Assembly: GCA_034530875.2 (NCBI GenBank)
Contig: JAVRCJ020000005.1
Location: forward strand, 64,001 to 128,000
Direction: 5' to 3'
DNA: 64,000 nucleotides
From: Nostoc sp. DedSLP01
GTDB lineage: Bacteria > Cyanobacteriota > Cyanobacteriia > Cyanobacteriales > Nostocaceae
Part shown: positions 10,110-20,738 of the stretch, in pieces
Layout of the letters: every line of letters starts with the position of its first letter
How positions within the stretch are numbered: position 1 is the first letter of the stretch
Position numbers and translations under genes: made by a program
Notes under the pieces: generated by a model
What the model was told of the DNA's origin: nothing
The model's input: only the letters and a program-made list of their open reading frames with translations
Database searches by the model: none

Positions 10110-10844
10110 TCAATCTTCTAAAATCTGAATTTCATCAAGTTGATTAATCGCTACATCTGCACCTTTGACATTATCCGGCTTACCCACCCAAGTGATTCCA
10201 ATACAGCCTGCGGCTTTAGCATCACGCGCCATTTGCATATCACCAACAGAATCACCTACCATCAAAGTAGCGCTTGGTTCGACTCCCAAGGCTTGACAAG
10301 CTTGTAAAAATAGTGCTGGGTCTGGTTTACTCGGGCCTTCATCTACTCCCATTTGCAGCTGAATATAATCGCTTAATTGGTGATGCGCTACAAACTTTTG
10401 TACTTCATCAGTTGTTGCAGCTGAGAGTATACCGAGTTTTATACCAGCTTCGTGTAGATATTTCAATATTTCTAAACTGCCTACAAACAGTGGTGAAGGA
10501 GTTTGTCGAATGTATTTTTCGGCTTCATCCAAAGCTTGACGAGCTATTTTTAAGCACTCAAACCATCCTCTTCCAGTTTCGGCAATATATGCGGCGGCTG
10601 CAACTTCTGTTTCGCGCCGACTCGCTACCGATATCAAACCGGCAGGATCTAAATTATTAGCATTGACGCCAAATGCCATTAATAGAGGTTCCCCAACACC
10701 GGGAACTTGAGCGTCTATCAATCTCGCTGCCTTTTGTGCGAGCGATCGCAAAAAGGTTTCTGAGTCTTCTAGGGTACCATTTTTGTCAAACAAAATTGCT
10801 TGAACATTATAAAAAGTGATGTTTCTACATTTAATAGTTGCCAA
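10110..10844 (-). CDS. HAD family hydrolase
   Basis: FDKNGTL motif I variant, KPDP, MVGDSVGD. Confidence 0.88.
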   Translation of the reverse strand: MATIKCRNITFYNVQAILFDKNGTLEDSETFLRSLAQKAARLIDAQVPGVGEPLLMAFGVNANNLDPAGLISVASRRETEVAAAAYIAETGRGWFECLKIARQALDEAEKYIRQTPSPLFVGSLEILKYLHEAGIKLGILSAATTDEVQKFVAHHQLSDYIQLQMGVDEGPSKPDPALFLQACQALGVEPSATLMVGDSVGDMQMARDAKAAGCIGITWVGKPDNVKGADVAINQLDEIQILED

Positions 10845-10914
10845 AATATTTCACCCCATTTATTGAGCTATTTTTCATTTGTCCTTTGACTAATGACTAA
10901 TAACAAAATACATA

Positions 10915-10944
10915 AAAAAAGAGGGTTTTTCCCTCTTTCAAAAA
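10915..10944 (-). terminator. Terminator after rpsA
   Basis: aaagaggg-tttt-ccctcttt hairpin with a U-run on the minus strand. Confidence 0.65.
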
Positions 10945-10987
10945 TGCTTTGATACTCTTAATTAAAGATAGTAAAGCTATAAATGTA

Positions 10988-12040
10988 TTACTCTTCAATA
11001 GCTGCTGGAATTTCTTCTTCTATTGCTGCGGGAATCTCGTCGTCAATAGCTGGTGGAATATCATCTTCAAGTTCCGTTGCTGGGGGAATATCTTCTCCTG
11101 CAACTTCCACAACTCCAGCAGGCGCAGCAGTAATACCTTGCTGTTTAGCTAGCAGTTGTTCCCGATACTTAGCAGCCATTTCTTCTGCTTTATCGTAAAC
11201 CAAATCCCGGTTTTTAATCATATCACCAGGTTCGGGTTCTAATTGCTTGGTAGATAGAGAAATCCGACCTCTTTCTGCATCCAAATCAATGATCATAACT
11301 TTCACTTCATCATTGACATTGAACACGCTATGAGGTGTATCAATATGTTCGTGAGAAATCTCAGAAATGTGTAATAGACCGCTGACGCCGCCGATGTCAA
11401 TGAACGCACCGTAAGGTTTGATACCACGAACTGTACCAATTACTACTTCACCAACTTCTAAGCGGTTCATCTTGCGCTCAACTAAGGCGCGACGGTGAGA
11501 TAGAACTAAGCGGTTGCGTTCTTCGTCTACCTCTAGGAATTTCAGTGGTAGTTCTTCGCCTACCAATTCTTCTTTAGGCTTGCGAGTGCTAATGTGGGAG
11601 CCGGGTATAAAACCGCGCAATCCCTCAATGCGTACCAAAGCACCGCCACGATTAGTTGCAAATACGCCAGAACGAACTGTAGCGTCTTCTGCTTGCAGCT
11701 GACGCACGCGTTCCCAAGCGCGCATATATTCAATACGGCGAATGGAAAGAGTTAACTGACCATCTTCATTTTCATCGGTGAGGATGAAAAATTCCCGTGT
11801 TTCGTTTGACTGTAAGACTTCTTCCGGGGCATCGACCCGGTTGATAGACATTTCTTGTATGGGTATATATGCTGCTGTTTTAGCACCAATGTCAATCAGA
11901 GCGCCGCGCGGCTCTATACTGAAAACGGTTCCTGGTACAATATCTCCAGGGCTAAAATGGTAGTCGTATTTATCTAGTAGAGCAGCGAAATCTTCGTGAG
12001 TGAATCCAATTTCTGTAGCGGTTAAATTCTGATTGACCAT
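10988..12040 (-). CDS. rpsA: 30S ribosomal protein S1
   Basis: Three S1 domains (DIGAKTAAYIP, GLRGFIPGSH, GLLHISEISH). Confidence 0.96.
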   Translation of the reverse strand: MVNQNLTATEIGFTHEDFAALLDKYDYHFSPGDIVPGTVFSIEPRGALIDIGAKTAAYIPIQEMSINRVDAPEEVLQSNETREFFILTDENEDGQLTLSIRRIEYMRAWERVRQLQAEDATVRSGVFATNRGGALVRIEGLRGFIPGSHISTRKPKEELVGEELPLKFLEVDEERNRLVLSHRRALVERKMNRLEVGEVVIGTVRGIKPYGAFIDIGGVSGLLHISEISHEHIDTPHSVFNVNDEVKVMIIDLDAERGRISLSTKQLEPEPGDMIKNRDLVYDKAEEMAAKYREQLLAKQQGITAAPAGVVEVAGEDIPPATELEDDIPPAIDDEIPAAIEEEIPAAIEE

Positions 12041-12333
12041 GCTGATTTAGTTCCTGGTTCTAGTCTCCGTAAAGGTTGTGCGACAAGCGCGATGTCCATG
12101 CAATTGCCTCTAGGCAATCGGCACTTAACATCCTTTTCCATCCTAGCGCAGAAAAGCTAGTATTAACACATATCAACTCCCAAGATTGGAAATTATATCA
12201 CAATTTTAAAGTGATTGGGGACTTGGGAGATGCAAAGATGCAGCGAATAACTAATGCCCAACGCTCCATACCCGATGCCCAATGACTAATGACTGATGAC
12301 TAATGACTAAATAACAAATCACAAACACAATAA

Positions 12334-12367
12334 TATCCGTTGCTACTATACCCAGTAGCAACGGATA
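12334..12367 (-). terminator. Hairpin terminator after psbT
   Basis: tatccgttgctact-ataccc-agtagcaacggata, 14-bp stem, followed by T-rich sequence on the minus strand. Confidence 0.75.
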
Positions 12368-12406
12368 CTAAGATTGAGTGCACTTTAAAGTTGTGGTAAT
12401 AGCGAC

Positions 12407-12511
12407 TTACTTCTCTTTTTTCTCAAAGCGGGGGGGTTCGCGAAATGCGATCGCAAAGAAGAGAACGCCTATACACAGGGTAAAAATGAGGATGTATGCA
12501 ACGCTTTCCAT
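12407..12511 (-). CDS. psbT: Photosystem II reaction centre protein T (not in the ORF track)
   Basis: MESVAYILIFTLCIGVLFFAIAFREPPRFEKKEK, directly downstream of psbB. Confidence 0.96.
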   Translation of the reverse strand: MESVAYILIFTLCIGVLFFAIAFREPPRFEKKEK

Positions 12512-12660
12512 TTATAAATTCCTGCCTATCCAGCTAGTAATGAGGGATTAGCGATGGGTATTGGGGACTGGGTATTAGGGATTGAGTATTGGCTAGTGAG
12601 AAAGTATTTCTAAATACTTCTTTCCTAGTCCCCAGTCCCCAGTCACCATTCCCCAATCCT

Positions 12661-14190
12661 TTAGAGGGCTTCCTTCCGGCGGGTTGATTTGTCACCCACT
12701 TTCTGGAATAGACCCCATTCTACTTGTTCTTCTAGATCCGCTTCAACACCGGCAAATACGTCTCTGTAGATTGTACGAGCGCCATGCCACAGGTGACCGA
12801 AGAAGAATAACAGAGCAAACACAGCGTGTCCGAAGGTAAACCAACCTCTAGGACTGGTGCGGAATACACCGTCAGAATTCAAGGTTTCGCGGTCAAATTC
12901 AAAGATTTCGCCGCCTTGAGCCTTACGAGCATATTTCTTCACATCCGCTGGATCTGTAAAGGTTTTGCCGTTGAGGTCACCACCGTAGAAACTAACGGTG
13001 ACACCAGATTGCTCGAAGCTATACTTAGATTCTGCACGACGGAAGGGGATGTCAGCGCGGACAACTCCATCTGCGTCGGTCAAGATTACTGGGAAGGTTT
13101 CAAAGAAGTTGGGGAGGCGACGCACGGTCAACTCGCGTCCTTCAGAGTCTTTGAATACAGCGTGACCTTGCCAAGATTGAGCAATGCCATCACCCTTAAC
13201 CATCGGCCCTGTACGGAATAGACCGCCTTTAGCGGGGCTATTGCCGACGTAATCGTAGAAAGCTAATTTTTCTGGAATTGCAGACCAAGCTTGTTCCAGG
13301 GTTACACCTTGGCTAAGGTTGGTTTGGACGCGACGCTGAATTTCTTGACGGAAGTAGCCTTGATCCCATTGGTAACGGGTAGGGCCAAACAGTTCAATGG
13401 GGGTGGTAGCGTTACCGTACCACATAGTACCTGCTACAACGAAAGCAGCAAAGAAGACTGCTGCGATACTGCTAGAAAGTACTGTTTCAATGTTCCCCAT
13501 CCGCAGAGCTTTGTAGAGCCTTTCGGGGGGTCGGACTGTGAGGTGGAATAAGCCTGCAATAATACCAACAACACCAGCAGCAATGTGGTGAGCCACGATG
13601 CCGCCAGGGTTATATGGGTTAAAACCATCTGGGCCCCATTCTGGTGCTACTGGCTGGATGCTGCCAGTTATACCATAGGCGTCAGAAACCCACATCCCCG
13701 GGCCAAATAGTCCGGTGAGGTGGAAAGCACCGAAGCCAAAGCAAAGTAGACCAGATAAGAACAGGTGAATGCCAAACATTTTTGGCAAGTCTAAAGCGGG
13801 TTCACCTGTGCGGGGATCTCTAAAGAGTTCTAAATCCCAGTAAACCCAGTGCCAAACAGCTGCTAGGAATAATAGACCGGAAAGAACGATGTGAGCCGCA
13901 GCAACGCCTTCAAATGACCAGAAGCCAGGATCGCCTGCTGAAGCACCAGTAACACTCCAACCACCCCAAGATTGGGTAACGCCCAAACGTGCCATGAAGG
14001 GTAGGACGAACATTCCTTGACGCCACATCGGGTTGAGAACCGGATCGCTTGGGTCAAAAGTAGCTAGTTCGTATAGTGCCATTGAACCAGCCCAGCCAGC
14101 TACTAAGGCTGTGTGCATCAGGTGTACAGAAATCAGCCGCCCTGGATCGTTCAGAACGACTGTGTGTACTCGGTACCAGGGTAGTCCCAT
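12661..14190 (-). CDS. psbB: Photosystem II CP47
   Basis: [19 protein letters not shown]... full-length 509 aa. Confidence 0.99.
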   Translation of the reverse strand: MGLPWYRVHTVVLNDPGRLISVHLMHTALVAGWAGSMALYELATFDPSDPVLNPMWRQGMFVLPFMARLGVTQSWGGWSVTGASAGDPGFWSFEGVAAAHIVLSGLLFLAAVWHWVYWDLELFRDPRTGEPALDLPKMFGIHLFLSGLLCFGFGAFHLTGLFGPGMWVSDAYGITGSIQPVAPEWGPDGFNPYNPGGIVAHHIAAGVVGIIAGLFHLTVRPPERLYKALRMGNIETVLSSSIAAVFFAAFVVAGTMWYGNATTPIELFGPTRYQWDQGYFRQEIQRRVQTNLSQGVTLEQAWSAIPEKLAFYDYVGNSPAKGGLFRTGPMVKGDGIAQSWQGHAVFKDSEGRELTVRRLPNFFETFPVILTDADGVVRADIPFRRAESKYSFEQSGVTVSFYGGDLNGKTFTDPADVKKYARKAQGGEIFEFDRETLNSDGVFRTSPRGWFTFGHAVFALLFFFGHLWHGARTIYRDVFAGVEADLEEQVEWGLFQKVGDKSTRRKEAL

Positions 14191-14629
14191 CGACTACGCT
14201 CCTCCTCGATGAGTTAGTTTACAAAGCAATTTTCTTACTGAGATTCTGAGAAACGAAAGCCGCCACTCAGAAAACTCTTTTGTTTTTTGTTATTGCCAGA
14301 GCCAGAGCTTGACCACAACTTAGTCTTATAAAATCAGACAGCGTGGGTGTTTGGCAATGCTGACTTGCTCCCTTGCGATTTACCCCGTAGGGTAGCCATC
14401 GCCAAGCAAAAATGAGAATGTTTTAAAAAGTGTAACTATTGATGGAACTGTTTGCAAGCGTGTAAATTAATGCGATCGCGTAGCATGTCAAAGTTTTTTC
14501 GCTACCAATCCTGTCAGGGATTAAATTTGCTTATCTTTTCTTTACTCAATGGGGAGTGGGGAATGGGGAGTGGGGAATGGTGAGTGGGGGTAGGGGAAGC
14601 TTTTTTATAAATTTCCCTACTCCCTACTC

Positions 14630-14956
14630 TTACTGAACCACCAACTGGATATTTTGCAGGTGACACTTGGTCTGGGCACTACCGAGGCGTTCGATTACTT
14701 GTTCGGCACTCATCAAACGCTTTAGTACTACTTGACCGATGTTCTGACTGGTTGATACTGGGGTTGTTGGTTTCACTTCTACAGTCAAAATGGCTTCTTC
14801 AACTCGATACAGCCACAGCAATTCGTTTTCTTCGACTAAACAAATATTCATTCGCTGAATATCTGGTTGGCGTCGCCATGCGGTTATTTGCCAGAGTCCG
14901 TCAGATGACCAGACTCTAGAAACCGTCCATCCCTCAGATAGAAAGAAATATTTCAC
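14630..14956 (-). CDS. Conserved cyanobacterial hypothetical protein
   Basis: 108-aa ORF with normal composition; no recognised motif. Confidence 0.7.
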   Translation of the reverse strand: MKYFFLSEGWTVSRVWSSDGLWQITAWRRQPDIQRMNICLVEENELLWLYRVEEAILTVEVKPTTPVSTSQNIGQVVLKRLMSAEQVIERLGSAQTKCHLQNIQLVVQ

Positions 14957-15444
14957 GGTCTTAGTCTCACTATTAGACTTTAATTCTGCTGTTCACGAAA
15001 TCGCGATCGCTTGTTTGGCTGATGTATGAACGCTAGATTTGTTAAGAAAACCATGCAGCTGTTCTCTATGAGAATTTACTCCACGGAATCTCTACCGAAG
15101 CAGCAACAGGCTAAGTGTTAATGTACGCTACTTGGGCTACTGTCAGAACTTAACAAACCTATTCCCTAGTAACTATGAATTTACGACAAATTTAGTTAAT
15201 GTTTAAAATCTTAATTAAATAAAAATTTTTTCTCATTTCAGCAACTGCGCTTTCTCATTAGTCATTTTTGTCAACAAAGTATAAATCAATAATGACAGTT
15301 TTCTCCGAAAATATTGCAATAGGTAATTATTTTTACGTATATACTTAGCTCTCAGAATCATCAAAATTATTTGTAAAAATTAAGGCATAAAACTCACAAA
15401 TGTAGTAAGATGTCTGACCGCTGATATCTACAAGTTTTATTGCT

Positions 15445-17097
15445 ATGACCTGGTTTTCGTTGACCGCAAGACGCTGGAATCGAATTATACAATTCCTGTC
15501 TTTGTTTTGCATCTGTTTATTTTTAGTTGTTAGTTGTACTCCTCGTCCACAGCCAACTACGCCACCATCAGGTTCTGTAAATACTCCTACAGGTGATGGT
15601 CGCATTACTATAGGTACAACAGCTAAACCAAGAACTCTTGACCCAGCTGATGCTTATGAGTTAGCAGCCTTAGGTTTAGTATTTAATATGAGCGATCGCC
15701 TTTATACTTACGAACCAGGTAGTACAGAAATTAAACCCCAACTGGCCACAGCATTACCGAAAGTCAGTCAAGATGGTTTAACTTACACCATCCCTTTACG
15801 CCAAGGAGTAGTTTTTCACGATGGAACTCCGTTTAACGCCCAAGCAATGGCGTTTACCATCCAGCGGTTTATTGAAAACAAAGGAAAACCCTCTTTCTTA
15901 TTAGGGGATATAGTAGATTCCGTGAAAGCCACAGGCGACTATGAATTAAGCATTAAGCTGAAAAAACCCTTTGCAGCATTTCCTTCACTACTAGCGTTTC
16001 CTGGCGTGTGTGCAGTTTCACCCAAAGCTTATGAAGTTGGTGCGGGTAAATTCAAGCCAAATATTTTTGTGGGGACTGGGCCTTATAAATTAGCGCAGTA
16101 TGGTACTGATTCATTGCGATTTGATGTGTTTGATAAATATTGGGGCGAAAAGCCAGCCAATAAAGGTGTTAACGTCCAAATTCAAACTAGTCCGGTTAAT
16201 TTATTTAATGCTTTCCGTACAGGTGCAATTGATATAGCTTATTTATCGTTGCAACCAGACCAAACTCGTAGCTTGGAAGAAGGTGGTAAAAAAGGGGATT
16301 GGCAAGCGATCGCTGCACAGGGTAATGTAGTCAGTTATATGGTGTTAAACCGGAATCAAAAGCCCTTAGATAAAGCAGAAGTAAGAGCTGCGATCGCTTC
16401 AATCGTTGACCGTCCGCTAATCAACGAACGAGTCTTACTTGGTCAAGCAGATCCGCTTTATAGTATGATTCCCGCTACATTTAATGTATCTGTGCCATTA
16501 TTTAAAGATAAATATGGCGATGCTAATTTCGATAGAGCCAAACAATTATTAACTACTGCCGGTTTTTCCAAAGAAAATCCTGCCAAAGTTCAAATTTGGT
16601 ATCCTTCTAGTTCGCCTACTCGCAGTTTGGCAGCACAGACACTTAAATCGTTAGTCGATGCCAAAATGGATGGAATTCTGCAATTTGAAGTCGCAGTTGC
16701 CGAAGGCCCTGCTTTCTTTAAAGATATTTCTAGAGGATTATATCCAGCAGCATTACTTGATTGGTATCCAGACTTTTTAGACCCAGATAATTACGTCCAG
16801 CCATTTTTGTATTGTGACAAAGGTTCAGTTGCCAAAGGATGCGAAGATGGAGGCAGTCAAAGTCAGGGTTCGTTTTACTATAACGAAGCCATGAATAAAT
16901 TGATTGATCGGCAACGTCAAGAACAAAATCCCGAAGCCCGTCAGAAAATTTTTGCCGACATTCAAAACCAAGTAATTACAGATGTACCTTACGTTCCGCT
17001 ATGGCAAAACAAAGACTATGTATTTGCCCGTAATGGTATTAGTAATGTAAAACTAAATCCGAATCAAGTTTTGGTTTACGAAGAAATTAAAAAATAA
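15445..17097 (+). CDS. Peptide/nickel ABC transporter substrate-binding lipoprotein (family 5)
   Basis: Lipobox VVSC, TLDPAD, FHDGTPFNA, GTGPY. Confidence 0.92.
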   Translation: MTWFSLTARRWNRIIQFLSLFCICLFLVVSCTPRPQPTTPPSGSVNTPTGDGRITIGTTAKPRTLDPADAYELAALGLVFNMSDRLYTYEPGSTEIKPQLATALPKVSQDGLTYTIPLRQGVVFHDGTPFNAQAMAFTIQRFIENKGKPSFLLGDIVDSVKATGDYELSIKLKKPFAAFPSLLAFPGVCAVSPKAYEVGAGKFKPNIFVGTGPYKLAQYGTDSLRFDVFDKYWGEKPANKGVNVQIQTSPVNLFNAFRTGAIDIAYLSLQPDQTRSLEEGGKKGDWQAIAAQGNVVSYMVLNRNQKPLDKAEVRAAIASIVDRPLINERVLLGQADPLYSMIPATFNVSVPLFKDKYGDANFDRAKQLLTTAGFSKENPAKVQIWYPSSSPTRSLAAQTLKSLVDAKMDGILQFEVAVAEGPAFFKDISRGLYPAALLDWYPDFLDPDNYVQPFLYCDKGSVAKGCEDGGSQSQGSFYYNEAMNKLIDRQRQEQNPEARQKIFADIQNQVITDVPYVPLWQNKDYVFARNGISNVKLNPNQVLVYEEIKK

Positions 17098-17310
17098 TTC
17101 GTAATTCGTAATTCGTAATTCGTAATTCAATCTGTTGAGGTCTAAATGCTCAACAGTGAAAACCCCAAAAATTTGAGAATTTGGTGTGGTGAAAAGCCCA
17201 AAAATTACGAATTACGAATTATAAATTACGAATTCCGTTAGCTATGTGATAACGTCTTGTATAAAAGCCCATTCCAAATTACGAATTACGAATTACGAAT
17301 TACGAATTAT
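17096..17310. repeat. (AATTCGT)n heptamer arrays in inverted orientation enclosing a hairpin
   Basis: aattcgt x4-5 at 17096-17128; aattacg arrays at ~17203-17235 and ~17277-17310; hairpin ctgttgag..ctcaacag at 17132-17156. Confidence 0.8.
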
Positions 17311-17312
17311 TT

Positions 17313-18338
17313 ATGTCTCGTTCTAAAGCTTTACAATATTACATTGTTTCCCGGTTGCTGTTAGCACCACTTCAGTTATTAACTATCATCACTATTGTAT
17401 TTCTCTTACTCAGAGCAACACCAGGAGATCCCGCAGATGCAATTCTTGGTGGACGCGCGCCAGAAGCAGCTAAAGAGGAATTACGAAAACAACTTGGTTT
17501 AGATTTGCCTTTGTGGTTACAGTATCTCAACTATTTGGGAAATCTGTTGCGCTTTGATTTAGGAACTTCTTTGTTGAGTCGGGGAGAGAATGTTTGGAAC
17601 ATTATTGCCCAATATTTCCCGGCAACGGTAGAGTTAGCAGTATGCAGTATGGCGGTTGCACTCATCGTCGGAATTTTAGTTGGTACTCTTTCCGCTTCTC
17701 GTCCTGGGACATATTTTGATGTCAGCGGGCGGCTGTTTGGTATTATCACCTACGCACTCCCGATGTTTTGGGCGGGAATGCTTTTGCAGTTAATTTTTTC
17801 AGTACAACTGGGTTGGTTTCCTAATTCCAACCGCTTTCCGCCCAACCTTCCCGCCCCCGCAACTGTCACAGGATTGTATACAATTGATAGCTTACTAGCT
17901 GGAAACTTCACTCAGTTTTTCACATCTTTGCATCATCTTGCCCTACCGAGTCTGACTTTGGGAATTTTGCTCAGTGGGATTTTTGAGCGAATTGTGCGAG
18001 TGAATTTAAAGCAAACTCTACAAGCAGATTATGTAGAAGCAGCTAGAGCTAGAGGAATTAAGGAAAATAAGATTTTAGTTTCTCATGCCTTAAAAAATGC
18101 GTTAATTCCAGTCATTACAGTGTTGGGATTAACATTTGCATCTCTGTTGGGTGGAGCGATTTTGACAGAGGTTACATTTTCTTGGCCTGGGTTAGCTAAT
18201 CGACTATATCAAGCAATTAGCGATCGCGATTATCCCACAGTCCAAGGAGTATTGGTATTTTTTGGAGCGATCGTTGTCAGCGCCAGCATTTTAATTGACA
18301 TATTAAATGCTTATGTAGACCCACGAATTCGATATTAA
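17313..18338 (+). CDS. Peptide ABC transporter permease (DppB/OppB type)
   Basis: PGDPA, FDLGTS, DYVEAARARG (EAA loop), DPRIRY. Confidence 0.93.
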   Translation: MSRSKALQYYIVSRLLLAPLQLLTIITIVFLLLRATPGDPADAILGGRAPEAAKEELRKQLGLDLPLWLQYLNYLGNLLRFDLGTSLLSRGENVWNIIAQYFPATVELAVCSMAVALIVGILVGTLSASRPGTYFDVSGRLFGIITYALPMFWAGMLLQLIFSVQLGWFPNSNRFPPNLPAPATVTGLYTIDSLLAGNFTQFFTSLHHLALPSLTLGILLSGIFERIVRVNLKQTLQADYVEAARARGIKENKILVSHALKNALIPVITVLGLTFASLLGGAILTEVTFSWPGLANRLYQAISDRDYPTVQGVLVFFGAIVVSASILIDILNAYVDPRIRY

Positions 18339-18392
18339 GTAGAATATTCAGAATTCAGAATTCAGAATTCTGACTCCTGAATTTTGTTAAAT

Positions 18393-18992
18393 TTATTGAG
18401 AAATGCCACTGGCTAAAATACCAAGAATTTTATTTACGTCTTTGAGATAATATTCACTTAAATCAATAGTTAGTGTTTGTTTTTCTAGTTTGAGAAATTG
18501 CCAAATACTGCCTGTTGTGACTGCGCCGTAAATTGTTTTAATCTCAGTTGCAGCTTGCTGGTTAAAAATTTGTGCTGCTACCATTTCTGCCGCACACTGA
18601 CCCAAACCTGCATTAATATTTTCTTTTTTAGCTTCTACAACTGTAATTACTGGTGCTGTCAAAATGAGAATTTCTGGAGATTTTGTAATAATAAAATCGC
18701 AAGTGCCATTTAATCCTTTGGCATTATCAACAGTAAAATCTACCCCAGAAAATAAACTAACTTGCTCGTGTAATTGTCGGCGCAAGTCAACTAAAATGGG
18801 AGCAATGATTAACTCAGAACGGGCTTTTTCACTATTACTACCTAAAGCGATCGCCAGGTTATAATTAAGTGTTTCTACAAGTAAATTACTTGCTGCTAAA
18901 TCAGGAACAGCAGCGAAAATATCGCGTTTTTCTAATGTGGTTAAGCTAAACTCTTGTTTTGCTTTAGCTAAACTAAAGTCGCTATAAGACAT
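18393..18992 (-). CDS. Cyanobacterial PD-(D/E)xK-fold protein (SEKARSE...CDF...VVEAK family)
   Basis: MSYSDFSL start; SEKARSELIIAPIL, GTCDFII, VVEAKKENINAGLGQCAAEM, GAVTTGSIWQFL. Confidence 0.8.
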   Translation of the reverse strand: MSYSDFSLAKAKQEFSLTTLEKRDIFAAVPDLAASNLLVETLNYNLAIALGSNSEKARSELIIAPILVDLRRQLHEQVSLFSGVDFTVDNAKGLNGTCDFIITKSPEILILTAPVITVVEAKKENINAGLGQCAAEMVAAQIFNQQAATEIKTIYGAVTTGSIWQFLKLEKQTLTIDLSEYYLKDVNKILGILASGISQ

Positions 18993-19038
18993 AAAACTAC
19001 TACTCTTTTTTGTAATTTCATAACTTAAGAAATAAAAT

Positions 19039-19070
19039 GTAGGTTGGGTTAAGCAAAGCGCAACCCAACA
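19039..19070. repeat. REP-like GTAG palindrome
   Basis: gtaggttgggttaagcaaagcgcaacccaaca. Confidence 0.65.
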
Positions 19071-19078
19071 CAAAACTA

Positions 19079-19420
19079 TCATTTTGTCTGGGAAATATTC
19101 TCAATTTGAGTTATCTGACCCAGAGATACTTTTAAAGCTAAGATGGGTAAGGCGGTAGCTGCAATCAGAACAGCAGTAGCTAAGATAATTGCAACTGGTT
19201 TCCCGCCAGATTGAACTAAGACCTTAAAAATGTTTTCTGCTGTCTGACCCCCAGCTTGAACTAATTCCACTGTATCTGATTTGCTCAAAGCAGCAGTAAT
19301 ATTTTCAGCAATATCCAGAAGTTGTTCTGTATTGTTTGATTGGTTCAGAACATCTAGAGATTTATTTATTGGCTGTTGCTGTGGGTGTAAATTTTCGTTT
19401 TCCGGATAGTAAGTAGACAT
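19079..19420 (-). CDS. Small hypothetical membrane protein
   Basis: 113 aa; polar N-terminus, single C-terminal hydrophobic helix after SGGKP; AGAGGAG RBS upstream. Confidence 0.75.
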   Translation of the reverse strand: MSTYYPENENLHPQQQPINKSLDVLNQSNNTEQLLDIAENITAALSKSDTVELVQAGGQTAENIFKVLVQSGGKPVAIILATAVLIAATALPILALKVSLGQITQIENISQTK

Positions 19421-19478
19421 CGTTTTGCACTCCTCTGTTGTTGGGATGTCTCTATACTCGCCTGTAGTCCATAGTTAT

Positions 19479-19553
19479 ACGTAGGATGTAGGTAAATGTA
19501 GGATCATGCCATAAATACAAAGAATATCTACATAGACGTAGGATTATGTAGGT
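19479..19553. promoter_or_regulatory. Phased GTAGG repeats in a divergent promoter region (putative operator)
   Basis: GTAGG at 19481, 19488, 19498, 19538, 19548. Confidence 0.5.
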
Positions 19554-19618
19554 TTTGCTGTAAAATACTGAACTTATATCCAGGTGTTAACTCCACTTTA
19601 CCAACTCAATCAGGTTAA

Positions 19619-20725
19619 ATGAAAGCTGAAGAAGCATTAGAGTCTATTAAGCAAATATTTGAGGAAAGAAAAGGAAAAGTAGTATCCCTGAGTAAATTAG
19701 AACAAAAAGTTTTTCTACTAAGTTGGGAAGGTATGAACTATGGTCAAATGCCTTCTAAAATAGATAAGCCTAATCCTACTACCAAACCATATACAGAACA
19801 GTATTTAAAAGAAATAGGCAAAAGTTTAATTGATAAGATTAAAAAAATTTTGAATTTAGACGATATTGATAAAAGAAATTTTAGGGAAGAAATTGAAAAT
19901 TTTTTGGTTAGAAATTACAACCAGCATACTCAAAAATTCCCTCGTATTACTCCGCTCAATTCAGACTATACTGCCCCTCAAGAGCTACCTAATAATAGTT
20001 CATCTGAGCAAAATCACAATCCCTTCATTCCTTTGACTGCCAGAGTAGAAGAAAAGTATCTATTTTTTGACCGAGAGTGCGAAATCCGGCGAATATTTGA
20101 GGTACTGAATAGCGGTAGTAGTGTCGTTTTGATTGGTGAAGAGGGAATTGGAAAATCCTCGCTGCTATGGATGATTTCCCAAGAAGCAGAAAGTCGTCTC
20201 AATGTTCAACGTCAGCCAGTTTTCTTAGACCTGAATTTACTTCATAATGAAAGTCAATTTTATAGTAATTTGTGCCACGAGATTGGTATGCCCGAAAGTC
20301 AAGACTACCAGTTAACCCGCAATTTGCGAAATCGTAAAATACTACTGGCTATAGATAATCTAGGAAAACTAAACAGGGAAGGTTTTACTCGCAACATAAG
20401 AGATTATTTGCGCGGTTTCGCTGAAGGAAGTAATGCTCCGTTGAAGCTGATTTTAGCTGCTACGGAACCTCTGAATAATCTTTTTAAGGATAGTCAGGAG
20501 CAAGGTAATACTTCTCCTTTAGCGGGTATTTGCCAAGAGGAACACATTTATCCTTGGGATGAAGCTACTATGCGCGCTTTTATTACCAACCGTTTGGCTA
20601 ACACTTCTGTGAGTTTTACTCAGGAACAAATTATCCAACTCATTCAAGAAAGTGGCGGACATCCTCGCAAACTGATGCAATTGTGTTATCGAACTTATTC
20701 CCGGTATGTGGAGAGTTTGCAATGA
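19619..20725 (+). CDS. N-terminal HTH-like domain plus STAND/AAA-type ATPase
   Basis: LSKLEQKVFLLSWEGMNYGQM...YLKEIGKSL...KRNFR (wHTH-like); NPF; Walker A GEEGIGKSS; Walker B LLAIDN; SGGHP motif. Confidence 0.8.
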   Translation: MKAEEALESIKQIFEERKGKVVSLSKLEQKVFLLSWEGMNYGQMPSKIDKPNPTTKPYTEQYLKEIGKSLIDKIKKILNLDDIDKRNFREEIENFLVRNYNQHTQKFPRITPLNSDYTAPQELPNNSSSEQNHNPFIPLTARVEEKYLFFDRECEIRRIFEVLNSGSSVVLIGEEGIGKSSLLWMISQEAESRLNVQRQPVFLDLNLLHNESQFYSNLCHEIGMPESQDYQLTRNLRNRKILLAIDNLGKLNREGFTRNIRDYLRGFAEGSNAPLKLILAATEPLNNLFKDSQEQGNTSPLAGICQEEHIYPWDEATMRAFITNRLANTSVSFTQEQIIQLIQESGGHPRKLMQLCYRTYSRYVESLQ

Positions 20726-20738
20726 TGGAGACAGAATA

